Origin: Erysipelotrichaceae bacterium MTC7
Lineage (GTDB): Bacteria > Bacillota_I > Bacilli_A > Erysipelotrichales > Erysipelotrichaceae
DNA length: 32,000 bases
Reading direction: 5' to 3'
Assembly: GCA_001695645.1 (NCBI GenBank)
Contig: LVZN01000018.1
Coordinates: 1-32,000 of the forward strand
The notes under the pieces were generated by a model. That model made no database searches, was not told where the DNA came from, and saw only the letters and a program-made list of their open reading frames with translations. Positions 8,230-18,316 of the stretch are shown here, in pieces. The position numbers were made by a program, and so were the translations under genes. Numbering within the stretch: position 1 is the first letter of the stretch; every line of letters begins with the position of its first letter.

Positions 8230-8750
8230 TAGCTAGCCGTTATGCCCAAGCTCTTTTCGAACTAGCCAAACAAGAAGATCTACTTGATGTTTGTAAAGAA
8301 GATTTGCAAACCGTAGCAGCTGGGATGATCCAATATCCTGAATTGTTTGCCTTATTAAAACATCCAAGAATCAATAAAAAAGAGCGTAAAGATATTCTGA
8401 TGAAATCTTTTGCTGGTGGACAAACGTATGTGATGAATTTCTTGAAATTATTAATTGATCGCAATCGTTTTGCTAGTATCAAAGACATTGAGAAACGTTA
8501 TCAAGAGCTATATAACGAAGAAAAAGGAATTGAAATCGCTTATATTCAAACTGCTAAACCGTTAGATGAAGCGGAAGAACAGCAGATTGTTGATATGCTA
8601 AAAGCAAAATTAAAAAAGGACATTATCCCTAAAGTGAAAGTCGAACCAGAATTAATTGCTGGTCTGCGAATTCAAGTGGCTGGTGATGTACTTGATAATT
8701 CTGCACGCAATCGTTTGCAACGATTGAAAGAACAAGCGAAAAACTCATAG
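8217..8750 (+). CDS. atpH: F1 ATP synthase subunit delta (OSCP)
   Basis: Begins ASRYAQALFELA, with the LIAGLRIQVGD-type C-terminus. It overlaps atpF by 13 nt. Confidence 0.9.
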   Translation: MASVIASRYAQALFELAKQEDLLDVCKEDLQTVAAGMIQYPELFALLKHPRINKKERKDILMKSFAGGQTYVMNFLKLLIDRNRFASIKDIEKRYQELYNEEKGIEIAYIQTAKPLDEAEEQQIVDMLKAKLKKDIIPKVKVEPELIAGLRIQVAGDVLDNSARNRLQRLKEQAKNS

Positions 8751-8768
8751 AAAAGCGAGGAGGAAGTT

Positions 8769-10295
8769 ATGGATTTACGACCAGAAGAAATTAGTGACAT
8801 TATCAAAGAACAGATCAAACGTTACGATGATGCATTAGAAATATCTGAAACAGGAACGGTCATCAGCGTTGGTGATGGAATCGCGCTAATCTATGGATTG
8901 GAAAAAGCGATGGCAGGAGAATTGCTTCTTTTCCCGAATGATCTTTATGGAATGGTATTAAACCTTGAAGAAGAGCACGTTGGTGCGGTTTTGATGGGTG
9001 ATGACAGTAAAGTTCGTGAAGGTGATGAAGTGAAACGTACCGGACGTATTATTGAGGTACCCGTTGGTGACATGATGTTAGGACGTGTAGTAAACGCACT
9101 AGGTCAAGCCATTGATGGAAAAGACCCAATTGTCAGTGACAAATATCGTCCAGTAGAACGTGTAGCTCCAGGGGTTATGACACGTAAAAGTGTACATCAA
9201 CCATTACAAACTGGTTTAAAAAGTATTGACTCAATGATTCCTATTGGAAAAGGACAACGTGAGTTAATCATTGGAGACCGTCAAACCGGAAAAACTGCAA
9301 TTGCAATTGATGCGATTTTGAACCAAAAGGGACAAAATGTAAAATGTATCTATGTCGCAATTGGACAAAAAGCAAGTACCGTAGCGCAAATCGTAGAAAA
9401 ACTACGTCACTATGGAGCACTTGAATATACAACGATTGTAACGAGTACTGCAAGTGATGCAGCACCATTGCAATACATTGCACCATATGCTGGATGTGCC
9501 ATTGGTGAAGAATGGATGGACAACGGAGAAGATGTACTGATTGTTTATGATGATTTAAGTAAACATGCGGTCGCATATCGTACCATGTCCCTACTATTAA
9601 AACGTCCACCAGGACGTGAAGCATATCCTGGAGATGTATTCTACTTACATTCAAGACTACTTGAACGTAGTGCGAAGTTAAATGAAGAACACGGACTTGG
9701 TTCACTCACTGCGCTTCCAATTATCGAAACGCAAGCGGGAGATATTGCTGCCTACATTCCAACCAACGTCATTTCGATTACCGATGGACAAATCTTCTTG
9801 CAAACAGAGTTATTCAACGCGGGGATTCGTCCAGCCGTTGATAGTGGATTGTCAGTAAGTCGTGTTGGTAGTGCGGCCCAAGTAAAAGCGATGAAGCAAG
9901 TGTCTGGTTCCTTAAAACTTGAACTTGCACAATTCCGTGAAATGCAAGCATTTGCTCAATTCGGAAGTGATTTAGATGCATCAACAAAAGCAACACTAGA
10001 TCATGGAGAACGTTTGGTTGAGTTATTAAAACAACATCAATATTCACCATTATCAGTAAGTGAACAAGTCATCTCATTATTTGCTGCTAAACACCGTTTC
10101 TTAAAAGAAATTGCAGTTGAAGATGTTCTTGAATATGAATCTGGGTTACACCAATTTATCAAAGATTTCCACGGTGATATTATGGAAACATTGGATCGCG
10201 AACAAGCAATCGATGATACATTGGAAGAAAATATGAAAGCTGCTATTAAGGAATACACAGATAAATTCGTTAGTTTAAGTAAGAATGGCAAATAA
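8769..10295 (+). CDS. atpA: F1 ATP synthase subunit alpha
   Basis: Walker A GDRQTGKT is present, and the sequence is full-length alpha-like throughout. Confidence 0.97.
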   Translation: MDLRPEEISDIIKEQIKRYDDALEISETGTVISVGDGIALIYGLEKAMAGELLLFPNDLYGMVLNLEEEHVGAVLMGDDSKVREGDEVKRTGRIIEVPVGDMMLGRVVNALGQAIDGKDPIVSDKYRPVERVAPGVMTRKSVHQPLQTGLKSIDSMIPIGKGQRELIIGDRQTGKTAIAIDAILNQKGQNVKCIYVAIGQKASTVAQIVEKLRHYGALEYTTIVTSTASDAAPLQYIAPYAGCAIGEEWMDNGEDVLIVYDDLSKHAVAYRTMSLLLKRPPGREAYPGDVFYLHSRLLERSAKLNEEHGLGSLTALPIIETQAGDIAAYIPTNVISITDGQIFLQTELFNAGIRPAVDSGLSVSRVGSAAQVKAMKQVSGSLKLELAQFREMQAFAQFGSDLDASTKATLDHGERLVELLKQHQYSPLSVSEQVISLFAAKHRFLKEIAVEDVLEYESGLHQFIKDFHGDIMETLDREQAIDDTLEENMKAAIKEYTDKFVSLSKNGK

Positions 10296-11127
10296 GTTAG
10301 AAATTAAAAACCGAATTCGTTCGGTTGATTCAACCAAAAAGATTACCAAAGCCATGCAACTTGTAGCAGCAAGTAAACTTAGAAAACAAAAAGAATTGAT
10401 GGATACCAATCGTACATATGCGATGTATCTACAAGAAGTGGTCGATCATATTCTATCGACGATTAAAATGAGTGATCATCCGTTTTTGAAACGCTCACAA
10501 TCAAAAAAACGTTTGATTATCGTATATACAAGTGATATGGGGTTGTGTGGTGGATACAATGCCAACACCTATAAATTGCTTGAGGCATCGATCAATGAAG
10601 GGGACGAAGTTATTGTGCTTGGTTCTAGGGGGACGACCTATTTGAAACGTCGTGATCTCAACATCATTGAAACCAAAATCGGGGTCAGCGAAGAAGGATA
10701 TGAAGATATTCTTGATATTGCTGAACTTGCTTTAAAACAATACACAAGTGGTGTAGTTGGAAGCATTGAAGTGCTTTACACAAAATTCGTGAACTCGATG
10801 GACTTTGAACCACAACTGGAATGCTTATTACCAACTTCAAGAAATGAAGAGTTGGAAAAAGAAGTGGTTAAACAAGATGTGATTTTTGAACCAGCAGGAG
10901 ATGCGATTTTAGATGAACTCATTCCGTTGTATTTAAAATCCTTGTTGTATTCTCGTTGGATTGAAACCAAAACTAGTGAGCAAGCATCGCGTCAAAATGC
11001 GATGGAAAATGCGACAGATAACGCACAAGAGTTACGTGATGAACTCGAACTTAAATTTAACCAAGCGCGCCAAGCCTCAATTACGCAAGAAATTACGGAA
11101 ATTGTTGGTGGTGCAAGTGCACAGTAG
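10285..11127 (+). CDS. atpG: F1 ATP synthase subunit gamma
   Basis: N-terminus [28 protein letters not shown] and C-terminus [12 protein letters not shown]. Confidence 0.95.
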   Translation: MANKLEIKNRIRSVDSTKKITKAMQLVAASKLRKQKELMDTNRTYAMYLQEVVDHILSTIKMSDHPFLKRSQSKKRLIIVYTSDMGLCGGYNANTYKLLEASINEGDEVIVLGSRGTTYLKRRDLNIIETKIGVSEEGYEDILDIAELALKQYTSGVVGSIEVLYTKFVNSMDFEPQLECLLPTSRNEELEKEVVKQDVIFEPAGDAILDELIPLYLKSLLYSRWIETKTSEQASRQNAMENATDNAQELRDELELKFNQARQASITQEITEIVGGASAQ

Positions 11128-12540
<1,413 letters not shown>

Positions 12541-12542
12541 TC

Positions 12543-12935
12543 ATGATTGATGTACGAATCATTACCCCAGGAGGAATGTACTTACATACAGAAGTTGATC
12601 AATTGAACGCTCGTTCCGTTGATGGAAACTTTGGACTTTTACCAGATCACATGCCAATGGTTGCAATGCTTGATATTTCAAGTATGACGTTGATTCACAA
12701 TGGTGTTTCAAAAGACTATGCGGTATCTGGTGGATTACTGGAATACTCCAAAAATATTGTTACCATCTTAACTGATGCAATTGAAGGAGAGGAAGACATT
12801 GATATTGAACGTGCCAAAGCAGCCAAAGAACGTGCAGAAAAACGTTTGCAGGCAAAAGAACACAGTCTCAATATGCGTCGTGCGGAAGTTGCTTTACGTA
12901 AAGCAATCAACCGTATTAACGTGAAAGGTCAATAA
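12543..12935 (+). CDS. atpC: F1 ATP synthase subunit epsilon
   Basis: A 130-aa protein in the terminal operon position, with a beta-sandwich-like N-terminus and a charged helical C-terminus. Confidence 0.9.
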   Translation: MIDVRIITPGGMYLHTEVDQLNARSVDGNFGLLPDHMPMVAMLDISSMTLIHNGVSKDYAVSGGLLEYSKNIVTILTDAIEGEEDIDIERAKAAKERAEKRLQAKEHSLNMRRAEVALRKAINRINVKGQ

Positions 12936-12968
12936 GATATGGCATTTGCCATATCTTTCTTTTGTTTT
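12935..12968 (+). terminator. atp operon rho-independent terminator
   Basis: AGATATGGCA (12935-12944) pairs with TGCCATATCT (12947-12956), followed by TTCTTTTGTTTT. Confidence 0.85.
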
Positions 12969-13401
12969 CGCAGTGTAGTTATATCATAAAGATGATTATG
13001 TGGATATGATACTACTATGACACCCATATGATATAGTTATATACTAAGATTTATATATTAAAACAACCAAAGTGTGTGGGTTCTATATCGGAAATGATAT
13101 AGAGTTTCAAATAATATATAAATTAATAATGGTATTGTAATTAATCCATTAATACACTACAATATATGTAGGATAAAATAGAAAAATTGATCTACAATTA
13201 ATGGACAAGTTCTCGGTAATTGACTAGGAAGAATGTTACCTTGAAAGATATGACCAATTGCTAATTGTGTGAATAACCCTGTATTCAACATAATTCTTGT
13301 TCATTAAACATAGAGTAGTTTCCTTTACACACACTAATTAACTCAAAACTTTGTAGCGTATCATCCGTACGCTTGTAAATCAATTTAACGTTATCCGGCA
13401 G

Positions 13402-13436
13402 AAAAGAGGTACCTTGCAGTATCTCTTTTTTATTTC
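13402..13436 (+). terminator. Orphan rho-independent terminator with no upstream CDS
   Basis: AAAAGAGGTAC (13402-13412) pairs with GTATCTCTTTT (13419-13429) in an 11-bp stem (one G-U pair) with a 6-nt loop, followed by a T-rich tail. Confidence 0.65.
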
Positions 13437-13446
13437 TTTACATAAG

Positions 13447-13500
13447 TTAACCAAATGCTAATCATCTACTCATTTTACCTTAACAAACCTCTACTATACT
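13447..13500 (+). promoter_or_regulatory. pstS promoter with Pho-box-like hexamers at 11-bp phasing
   Basis: Hexamers TTAACC (13447), CTAATC (13458), CTCATT (13469) and TTAACA (13480) are each separated by 5 nt. The -10 is TATACT (13495-13500). There is no good -35, as in PhoP-activated promoters. Confidence 0.35.
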
Positions 13501-13522
13501 TTTTTTATGTAAGAGGAGGAAT

Positions 13523-14338
13523 ATGATGAAAAAAATATTCGTATTGATGTTACTATGTAGCATATGTTTGGTAGGGTGTAATTCAGAAAGTGACACAGCA
13601 AACAAAGAGGAAAAGAAAGAACTAATCGTTGGTGGATCAACAAGTGTACAACCACTCATGGAAGAAGTTGCAGCAAGTTTTATGGAAGAATCAGACTATA
13701 CAGTTGCTGTCCAAGGTGGTGGTTCTAGTGTTGGTACCAAAGGTGCAATGGAAGGGACGCTTGACGTAGGGGCAGTCTCTAGAGATTTAAAAGACGATGA
13801 AAAAGCAGAATTAGATGGAACTATTATCGCACTTGATGGTATCGTCGTGATTGTGAATACAGAAAATAAATTGGAAAACATTACGTTACAACAACTTGCA
13901 GATATTTATACAGGAAAAATTACAAACTGGAAAGAAGTTGGTGGAGCAGATGCAGCAATTTCCGTAGTTTCTCGTGAAGAAGGAAGTGGAACGCGTGATG
14001 GTTTTGAAAGCATTGTTGGTTTTGAATCAGAAGACTTAATGAAAGATTCAGATATTCAAAATGCAACGGGTGGAGTTATCTCAACGGTATCAACAAATGC
14101 TAATAGCATTGGATATATCTCAATGGGATCTGTTTCTGATCAAGTCGATGTCCTTCGCGTTGAAGAAGTAACACCAAGTGTAGAAACGGTAAAAGATGGA
14201 TCATATAAATTACAAAGACCATTTGTTTTAGCAGTCAAAAAGCAAAATGAAGATGCTAAAGCCTTATTTGACTACATTTTCTCAGATGCTGGTAAAAAAA
14301 TCATTGAAGAAATGAAATATATTCCAGTCGAAAAATAA
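13523..14338 (+). CDS. pstS: PstS-family phosphate-binding lipoprotein (ABC substrate-binding protein)
   Basis: The lipobox is LVGC. GGSTSVQP and SREEGSGTRDGFE motifs are present. The start is ATG 13523 or 13526, after GAGGAGGA. Confidence 0.85.
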   Translation: MMKKIFVLMLLCSICLVGCNSESDTANKEEKKELIVGGSTSVQPLMEEVAASFMEESDYTVAVQGGGSSVGTKGAMEGTLDVGAVSRDLKDDEKAELDGTIIALDGIVVIVNTENKLENITLQQLADIYTGKITNWKEVGGADAAISVVSREEGSGTRDGFESIVGFESEDLMKDSDIQNATGGVISTVSTNANSIGYISMGSVSDQVDVLRVEEVTPSVETVKDGSYKLQRPFVLAVKKQNEDAKALFDYIFSDAGKKIIEEMKYIPVEK

Positions 14339-14347
14339 AGATAAAGC

Positions 14348-14380
14348 AAGCGATTTTCTGGCGTGAATTTCGCTTTTTAT
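14348..14380 (+). terminator. Terminator after pstS
   Basis: AAGCGA pairs with TCGCTT and an inner TTC/GAA helix follows a 2x2 internal loop. A T-run (14374-14378) follows. Confidence 0.55.
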
Positions 14381-14381
14381 T

Positions 14382-14423
14382 TGTGAAAAAAAGTGCAAGT
14401 TCTATGTGAAAAAACTCGCAAAG
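14382..14423 (+). repeat. Two direct repeats, TGTGAAAAAA-N-GCAA(A)G
   Basis: TGTGAAAAAAAGTGCAAG (14382-14399) and TGTGAAAAAACTCGCAAAG (14405-14423) lie 23 bp apart, upstream of a TGaTAGAAT extended -10. Confidence 0.4.
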
Positions 14424-14526
14424 TATTTGATTGTTATTCGATATAAAAGTGATAGAATAAACAACGTAAGCGTTGAACAAGTCCACTTATTCAATACCTA
14501 CTATATCTATTTTAGGAGGTTGTAAC

Positions 14527-15717
14527 ATGATTAATACATTTAGTGAAACACACCGTTGTTTGCGGTGTAAAGTACCGATGTGTCAAAAGGGATGTCCAAT
14601 TTCGACAAATATTCCAGGTGTGATCACTGCACTAGAACAAAACAGTTTAGAAACAGCAGGGCAAATACTATTCGATAACAATCCATTATCGTTGGTTTGT
14701 TCCTTGGTTTGTAATCATGAAAAGCAATGTGAGGGGCATTGTGTATTAAATCATAAAGGCGTACCAATTCAATTTGGTGAAATCGAGCATTATATTTCGG
14801 ATGCATACTTTGATAAAATGCCAGTAATCAAAGAGGAACGCAATCACAAAAAAGTTGCTATCATCGGGTCAGGTCCTGCAGGGATTACGATTAGTGCCAT
14901 CCTAACAAAGCGTGGGTATGACGTAACCATCTTTGAGGCAAAAAGTGATTTGGGTGGGGTCCTTCGTTATGGAATTCCTGAATTTCGTTTACCCAAACGG
15001 ATACTTGATCGTTACCACAAGAAACTGTTATCCATTGGGGTAAAGATTCGCTTTAATACTACCATTGGTGGAGCTTTGAAGATTGATGATTTGTTTCGTG
15101 ATGGCTACAAGAGCATTTTCGTTGGTACAGGAACATGGAGACCAAAATCATTAGGTATCAAGGGTGAAAGTTTGGGGAACGTTAACTTTGCCATTGATTA
15201 TTTAGCAAGCCCAGAAACCTTTAGTTTGGGTCAACGTCTATTAATCATTGGGGTTGGTAATGCTGCAATGGATGTTGCAAGAACCGCCTTGCGTCATGGT
15301 GTACAACATGTCTACATGACCTCTTTAACCGATGAAATTACCGCAAGTGAAAAAGAAGTTGACAGTGCACGACTAGAGGGTGCCCAGTTGCTATATTATA
15401 AGATTCCTGTAGAAATTGATGATACAGGGGTAATCTTTAAAGATGCAAATACGGGAGAACTTGAACATATCGATTCGGATTCTGTGATTGTATCGATTTC
15501 ACAAGACCCTAAAGATAAACTTGTAAGTACGACATCAGGTTTAAAAGCAAATGACAAAGGACTGTTAGAAACGGATGCAGAAGGGCATACAACACTTCCT
15601 GGCATCTTTGCTGCAGGAGATGTTGTCATGGGTGCTAAGACCGTGGTAGAGGCAGTAAATCAAGCCAAACAGGTCGCTGATCATATGGATGCCTACATGA
15701 AAAGCTTAGAAGCCTAA
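14527..15717 (+). CDS. GltD-like NAD(P)H-dependent Fe-S flavoprotein oxidoreductase (glutamate synthase small-subunit family)
   Basis: ORF 14473..15717; the ATG at 14527 follows AGGAGG. Cys clusters are CLRCKVPMCQKGCP and CSLVCNHEKQCEGHC. Dinucleotide folds are IIGSGPAGI and IIGVGNAAMD. Confidence 0.8.
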   Translation: MINTFSETHRCLRCKVPMCQKGCPISTNIPGVITALEQNSLETAGQILFDNNPLSLVCSLVCNHEKQCEGHCVLNHKGVPIQFGEIEHYISDAYFDKMPVIKEERNHKKVAIIGSGPAGITISAILTKRGYDVTIFEAKSDLGGVLRYGIPEFRLPKRILDRYHKKLLSIGVKIRFNTTIGGALKIDDLFRDGYKSIFVGTGTWRPKSLGIKGESLGNVNFAIDYLASPETFSLGQRLLIIGVGNAAMDVARTALRHGVQHVYMTSLTDEITASEKEVDSARLEGAQLLYYKIPVEIDDTGVIFKDANTGELEHIDSDSVIVSISQDPKDKLVSTTSGLKANDKGLLETDAEGHTTLPGIFAAGDVVMGAKTVVEAVNQAKQVADHMDAYMKSLEA

Positions 15718-15792
15718 CTATAATTATTTCATTCATGCTTTTGTCAACGTAAAGAAACCTGTATACTTTTAGTAAGTGTAGGGGGAAACAAT

Positions 15793-16701
15793 ATGAAATT
15801 GATTCGATATAAACATCAGAAAGAAATCAAACTTGGCGTTGTATCGCTTGATGAAACAACGGTGATTTCAGTATCTGAAATTTTACAGCAAACATTTGAA
15901 CATGATATGAATGTCTTAATTGAACAGATACAACAACAAGACATACAAACCATACAAAAGTATCTAGCTGCTACAACAGGTGGTGTACCCTTAGTACAGG
16001 TTCAAGTTCTCGCACCAATTGCACGTTCGAAGCACGATGTGATTGCAGTAGGTCTAAACTATCAAGCCCATGTCAAAGAAGCTGAACGAGGCTTTTTACG
16101 ACATGTTGAAAAAAAGGATCCACCAATTTACTTTGGAAAACGAGGGACAGACATCCTTGGTCCTGGTGCAACCATTCCTGGTTGTTATGATGTTGATGAA
16201 AAGATTGATTATGAAGTCGAGTTGGCGGTTATCATTAAGAAAACAGGAAAAGACATTCCTGTAGAAAAGGCGTTAGATTATGTATTTGGTTACACGATTT
16301 TAAACGACGTATCTTCTCGGGGATTGCAACGTGGTCGGATTCAATGGAACAAAGGAAAATCACTTGATGGTTACACCATCATGGGTCCATGCATTGTAAG
16401 TGCGGATGCCTTTGATACTTCACAACCACACGCAGTACAATCCTATATCAATGGTGAATTAAGACAAAATGGAAACACACAAGATATGATTCATACCGTT
16501 GCGGAATTGATTAGTGACTATTCACAAGGGATCACCATAGAAGCGGGAGATATCATAGCTACAGGAACACCTGCAGGTGTTGGTATGGGCTTTGAACCAC
16601 CAAAATGGCTTGTGGATGGTGATCGAATCACTTGTAAGATTGAAGGTATAGGGACATTGGCAAATACCATAAAGAAACGAACTAAAAAAAGCGAGGGATG
16701 A
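15793..16701 (+). CDS. Fumarylacetoacetate hydrolase (FAH) family protein
   Basis: VGLNYQAHVKE, DYEVELAVII, GYTILNDVSSR and KSLDGYTIMGP motifs are present. Confidence 0.85.
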   Translation: MKLIRYKHQKEIKLGVVSLDETTVISVSEILQQTFEHDMNVLIEQIQQQDIQTIQKYLAATTGGVPLVQVQVLAPIARSKHDVIAVGLNYQAHVKEAERGFLRHVEKKDPPIYFGKRGTDILGPGATIPGCYDVDEKIDYEVELAVIIKKTGKDIPVEKALDYVFGYTILNDVSSRGLQRGRIQWNKGKSLDGYTIMGPCIVSADAFDTSQPHAVQSYINGELRQNGNTQDMIHTVAELISDYSQGITIEAGDIIATGTPAGVGMGFEPPKWLVDGDRITCKIEGIGTLANTIKKRTKKSEG

Positions 16702-16721
16702 TTCCTTCGCTTTACCTTTTT
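16684..16721. terminator. Bidirectional terminator shared by convergent genes
   Basis: AAAGCGAGGGA (16688-16698) pairs with TCCTTCGCTTT (16703-16713) around a TGAT loop, with an A-run before and a T-rich tail after. The stop codons of both flanking genes lie inside the hairpin. Confidence 0.7.
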
Positions 16722-17656
16722 ACGAGTTCTAAGATCGCTTTACTCTGTGTATAACCCATCAGTGGACTTTCCAATAGGTTGTTAGAAATACAGGCTATTG
16801 CATGTTCAATTTCCCCAGTAAAGTCACTATTCATATCAACTTCAATTACTTGCTTATGACCATTGGTGTATACATAGGCTTTTGTGCCTTTCCAAAAAGC
16901 TGGTATGCAAATGTAGCCAAAATCACCAATCAAGTAACCAGTACCCTTTGCTTCAGGGGTATACAACCAACTACTGCTTATGCTTGCTTGGATGCCATTT
17001 TCATAGGTTACAAGTGCTTGCAAGCCAAAATCGCAGCCATAGTTTGGCATATGTGTTTTACTGGTTTGTGCGTGTTGGATCATACTGTTTGCATAGTAGT
17101 TGGCAAAACAAGTCGGATAAACACCAATATCGAATGCACAACCGCCGTAGATAGGATCAAGTGACCAATGGTCCGGTTGGATATCATCATCGAATAAGCG
17201 ATAACTGTATTCTGCACGAATTTGGCGTAAAACACCAATGATTCCATCTTGTACGAGTTGGAAGATTTTTTGATTGAGTGGAGTAAACACAGTTTTGTGT
17301 GCTTCCATCAAAAAACACTGGTTTTGCTTTGCTAGTGAAAAAAGAGCTTCCAATTCTGCAATTTCTGTAACCATGATTTTTTCACAGATGACATGTTTTT
17401 TTGCTTCCAAGCACTGTTTGATTACATCATGGTGCAATTGGTTAGGGACACATACATAGACCAATTCCACTTGTGGATCTTCCAATAGTTGTTCATAACA
17501 ACCATAAGCAACCTGTGCTCCATAATGCTCTTTAAACTGTTGTGCACGCTTTATGTCTCTTGCACCTACCGCATATAACGTTGCCTGGCTAGCAAAGTTG
17601 ACACCTTGGGCCACGCGTTTGGCGATAGTTCCTAAACCAATAATCGCTACATTCAT
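16712..17656 (-). CDS. Gfo/Idh/MocA-family NAD(P)-dependent oxidoreductase
   Basis: N-terminal Rossmann fold VAIIGLGTIAKR, and the VYVCVPNQLHHDVIKQCLEAKKHVICEK signature. Confidence 0.85.
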   Translation of the reverse strand: MNVAIIGLGTIAKRVAQGVNFASQATLYAVGARDIKRAQQFKEHYGAQVAYGCYEQLLEDPQVELVYVCVPNQLHHDVIKQCLEAKKHVICEKIMVTEIAELEALFSLAKQNQCFLMEAHKTVFTPLNQKIFQLVQDGIIGVLRQIRAEYSYRLFDDDIQPDHWSLDPIYGGCAFDIGVYPTCFANYYANSMIQHAQTSKTHMPNYGCDFGLQALVTYENGIQASISSSWLYTPEAKGTGYLIGDFGYICIPAFWKGTKAYVYTNGHKQVIEVDMNSDFTGEIEHAIACISNNLLESPLMGYTQSKAILELVKR

Positions 17657-17697
17657 AAACCTACCTCACTACATCTAGTATAACAAAGGTTCCACAT

Positions 17698-17719
17698 AAA
17701 AAAAGAGGCAAGCGCCTCT
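17698..17719 (-). terminator. dps terminator
   Basis: AGAGGC (17704-17709) pairs with GCCTCT (17714-17719) across a 4-nt loop. On the minus strand a run of T (plus-strand A-run 17698-17703) follows. Confidence 0.6.
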
Positions 17720-17724
17720 AATTC

Positions 17725-18117
17725 TTACAATACTTGGTTGATCATCCAAATTGATTTTGTAAATTCTTTGATGTAGTCATCCATTTGGATACCAACAACA
17801 TCAAGGTTTTTTGCTTCTGCAGCTTCTTTGACTTGTCGTACTTCAACCCAAACATCTTTGCTGTTTTTGTAATCAAGATCTGCTTCCTTGATTGCACTAA
17901 CAGCCAAATAATCCTTCAATGAAGCGAGCGGTTTTTCATTAACCATTAGAATGAGTTCACCAACTTCGTCAATAGCTTCATTAATATAATTGTAGAATTC
18001 TTCCAATTTGGCATGAGCGGTAAAGAAGTCACTTCCTTTTACATACCAGTGAAAGTTTTGTAGTTTGTGATATTCAACGACCAAATCGGCCAATAATGCA
18101 TTTAATTGTTTTTCCAT
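17725..18117 (-). CDS. dps: Dps-family ferritin-like DNA-protection protein (short, 130 aa)
   Basis: Motifs NFHWYVKG, FFTAHAKLEEFY, IDEVGE and the C-terminal KSIWMINQVL are present. The ferroxidase His/His/Asp/Glu positions are there. The middle helix looks shorter than in Listeria Dps. Confidence 0.8.
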   Translation of the reverse strand: MEKQLNALLADLVVEYHKLQNFHWYVKGSDFFTAHAKLEEFYNYINEAIDEVGELILMVNEKPLASLKDYLAVSAIKEADLDYKNSKDVWVEVRQVKEAAEAKNLDVVGIQMDDYIKEFTKSIWMINQVL

Positions 18118-18152
18118 AATCTATGTACCTTCCTTTTCTTTCTTGTTTATAT

Positions 18153-18185
18153 GTATAATTATACTAAGAATGATTCTTAAAACAA
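18153..18185 (-). promoter_or_regulatory. dps promoter with embedded 7-1-7 palindromic operator
   Basis: Reading the minus strand: TTGTTT (-35, plus 18180-18185), a 16-nt spacer, then TATAAT (-10, plus 18158-18163). The spacer contains the perfect palindrome TAAGAATGATTCTTA (18165-18179). An adjacent palindrome GTATAATTATAC (18153-18164) overlaps the -10. Confidence 0.55.
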
Positions 18186-18316
18186 GTAGAGTGCATCATA
18201 AGATGCAAGACTTGACAAGTTTGTTATAATTTGAGGACATAGGTGGATATCATTTACTTATGGTCGTCCATTTCATGTTGAAAAAGTGATATAATGGTGA
18301 AGAGAATGAGGTTATT

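Noticed and set aside
7875-8249. 124-aa ORF antisense to atpF/atpH, plus other 60-95-aa internal ORFs in the track
   Set aside because: All of them overlap confidently assigned genes, lack ribosome-binding sites, and have no recognisable motifs.
9268-9705. 145-aa ORF antisense to atpA
   Set aside because: It is embedded in a highly conserved CDS. Its H/Q/L/V-rich composition is typical of an antisense frame, and it has no RBS.
18212-18230. TTGACA and TATAAT hexamers upstream of uvrA
   Set aside because: They are only 7 nt apart and so cannot act together as -35/-10. The TGaTATAAT element at 18287-18295 is a more plausible uvrA promoter.
18118-18316. Search for a LexA/SOS (GAAC-N4-GTTC) box upstream of uvrA
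   Set aside because: No such motif is present in the intergenic region, so I make no SOS-regulation claim.
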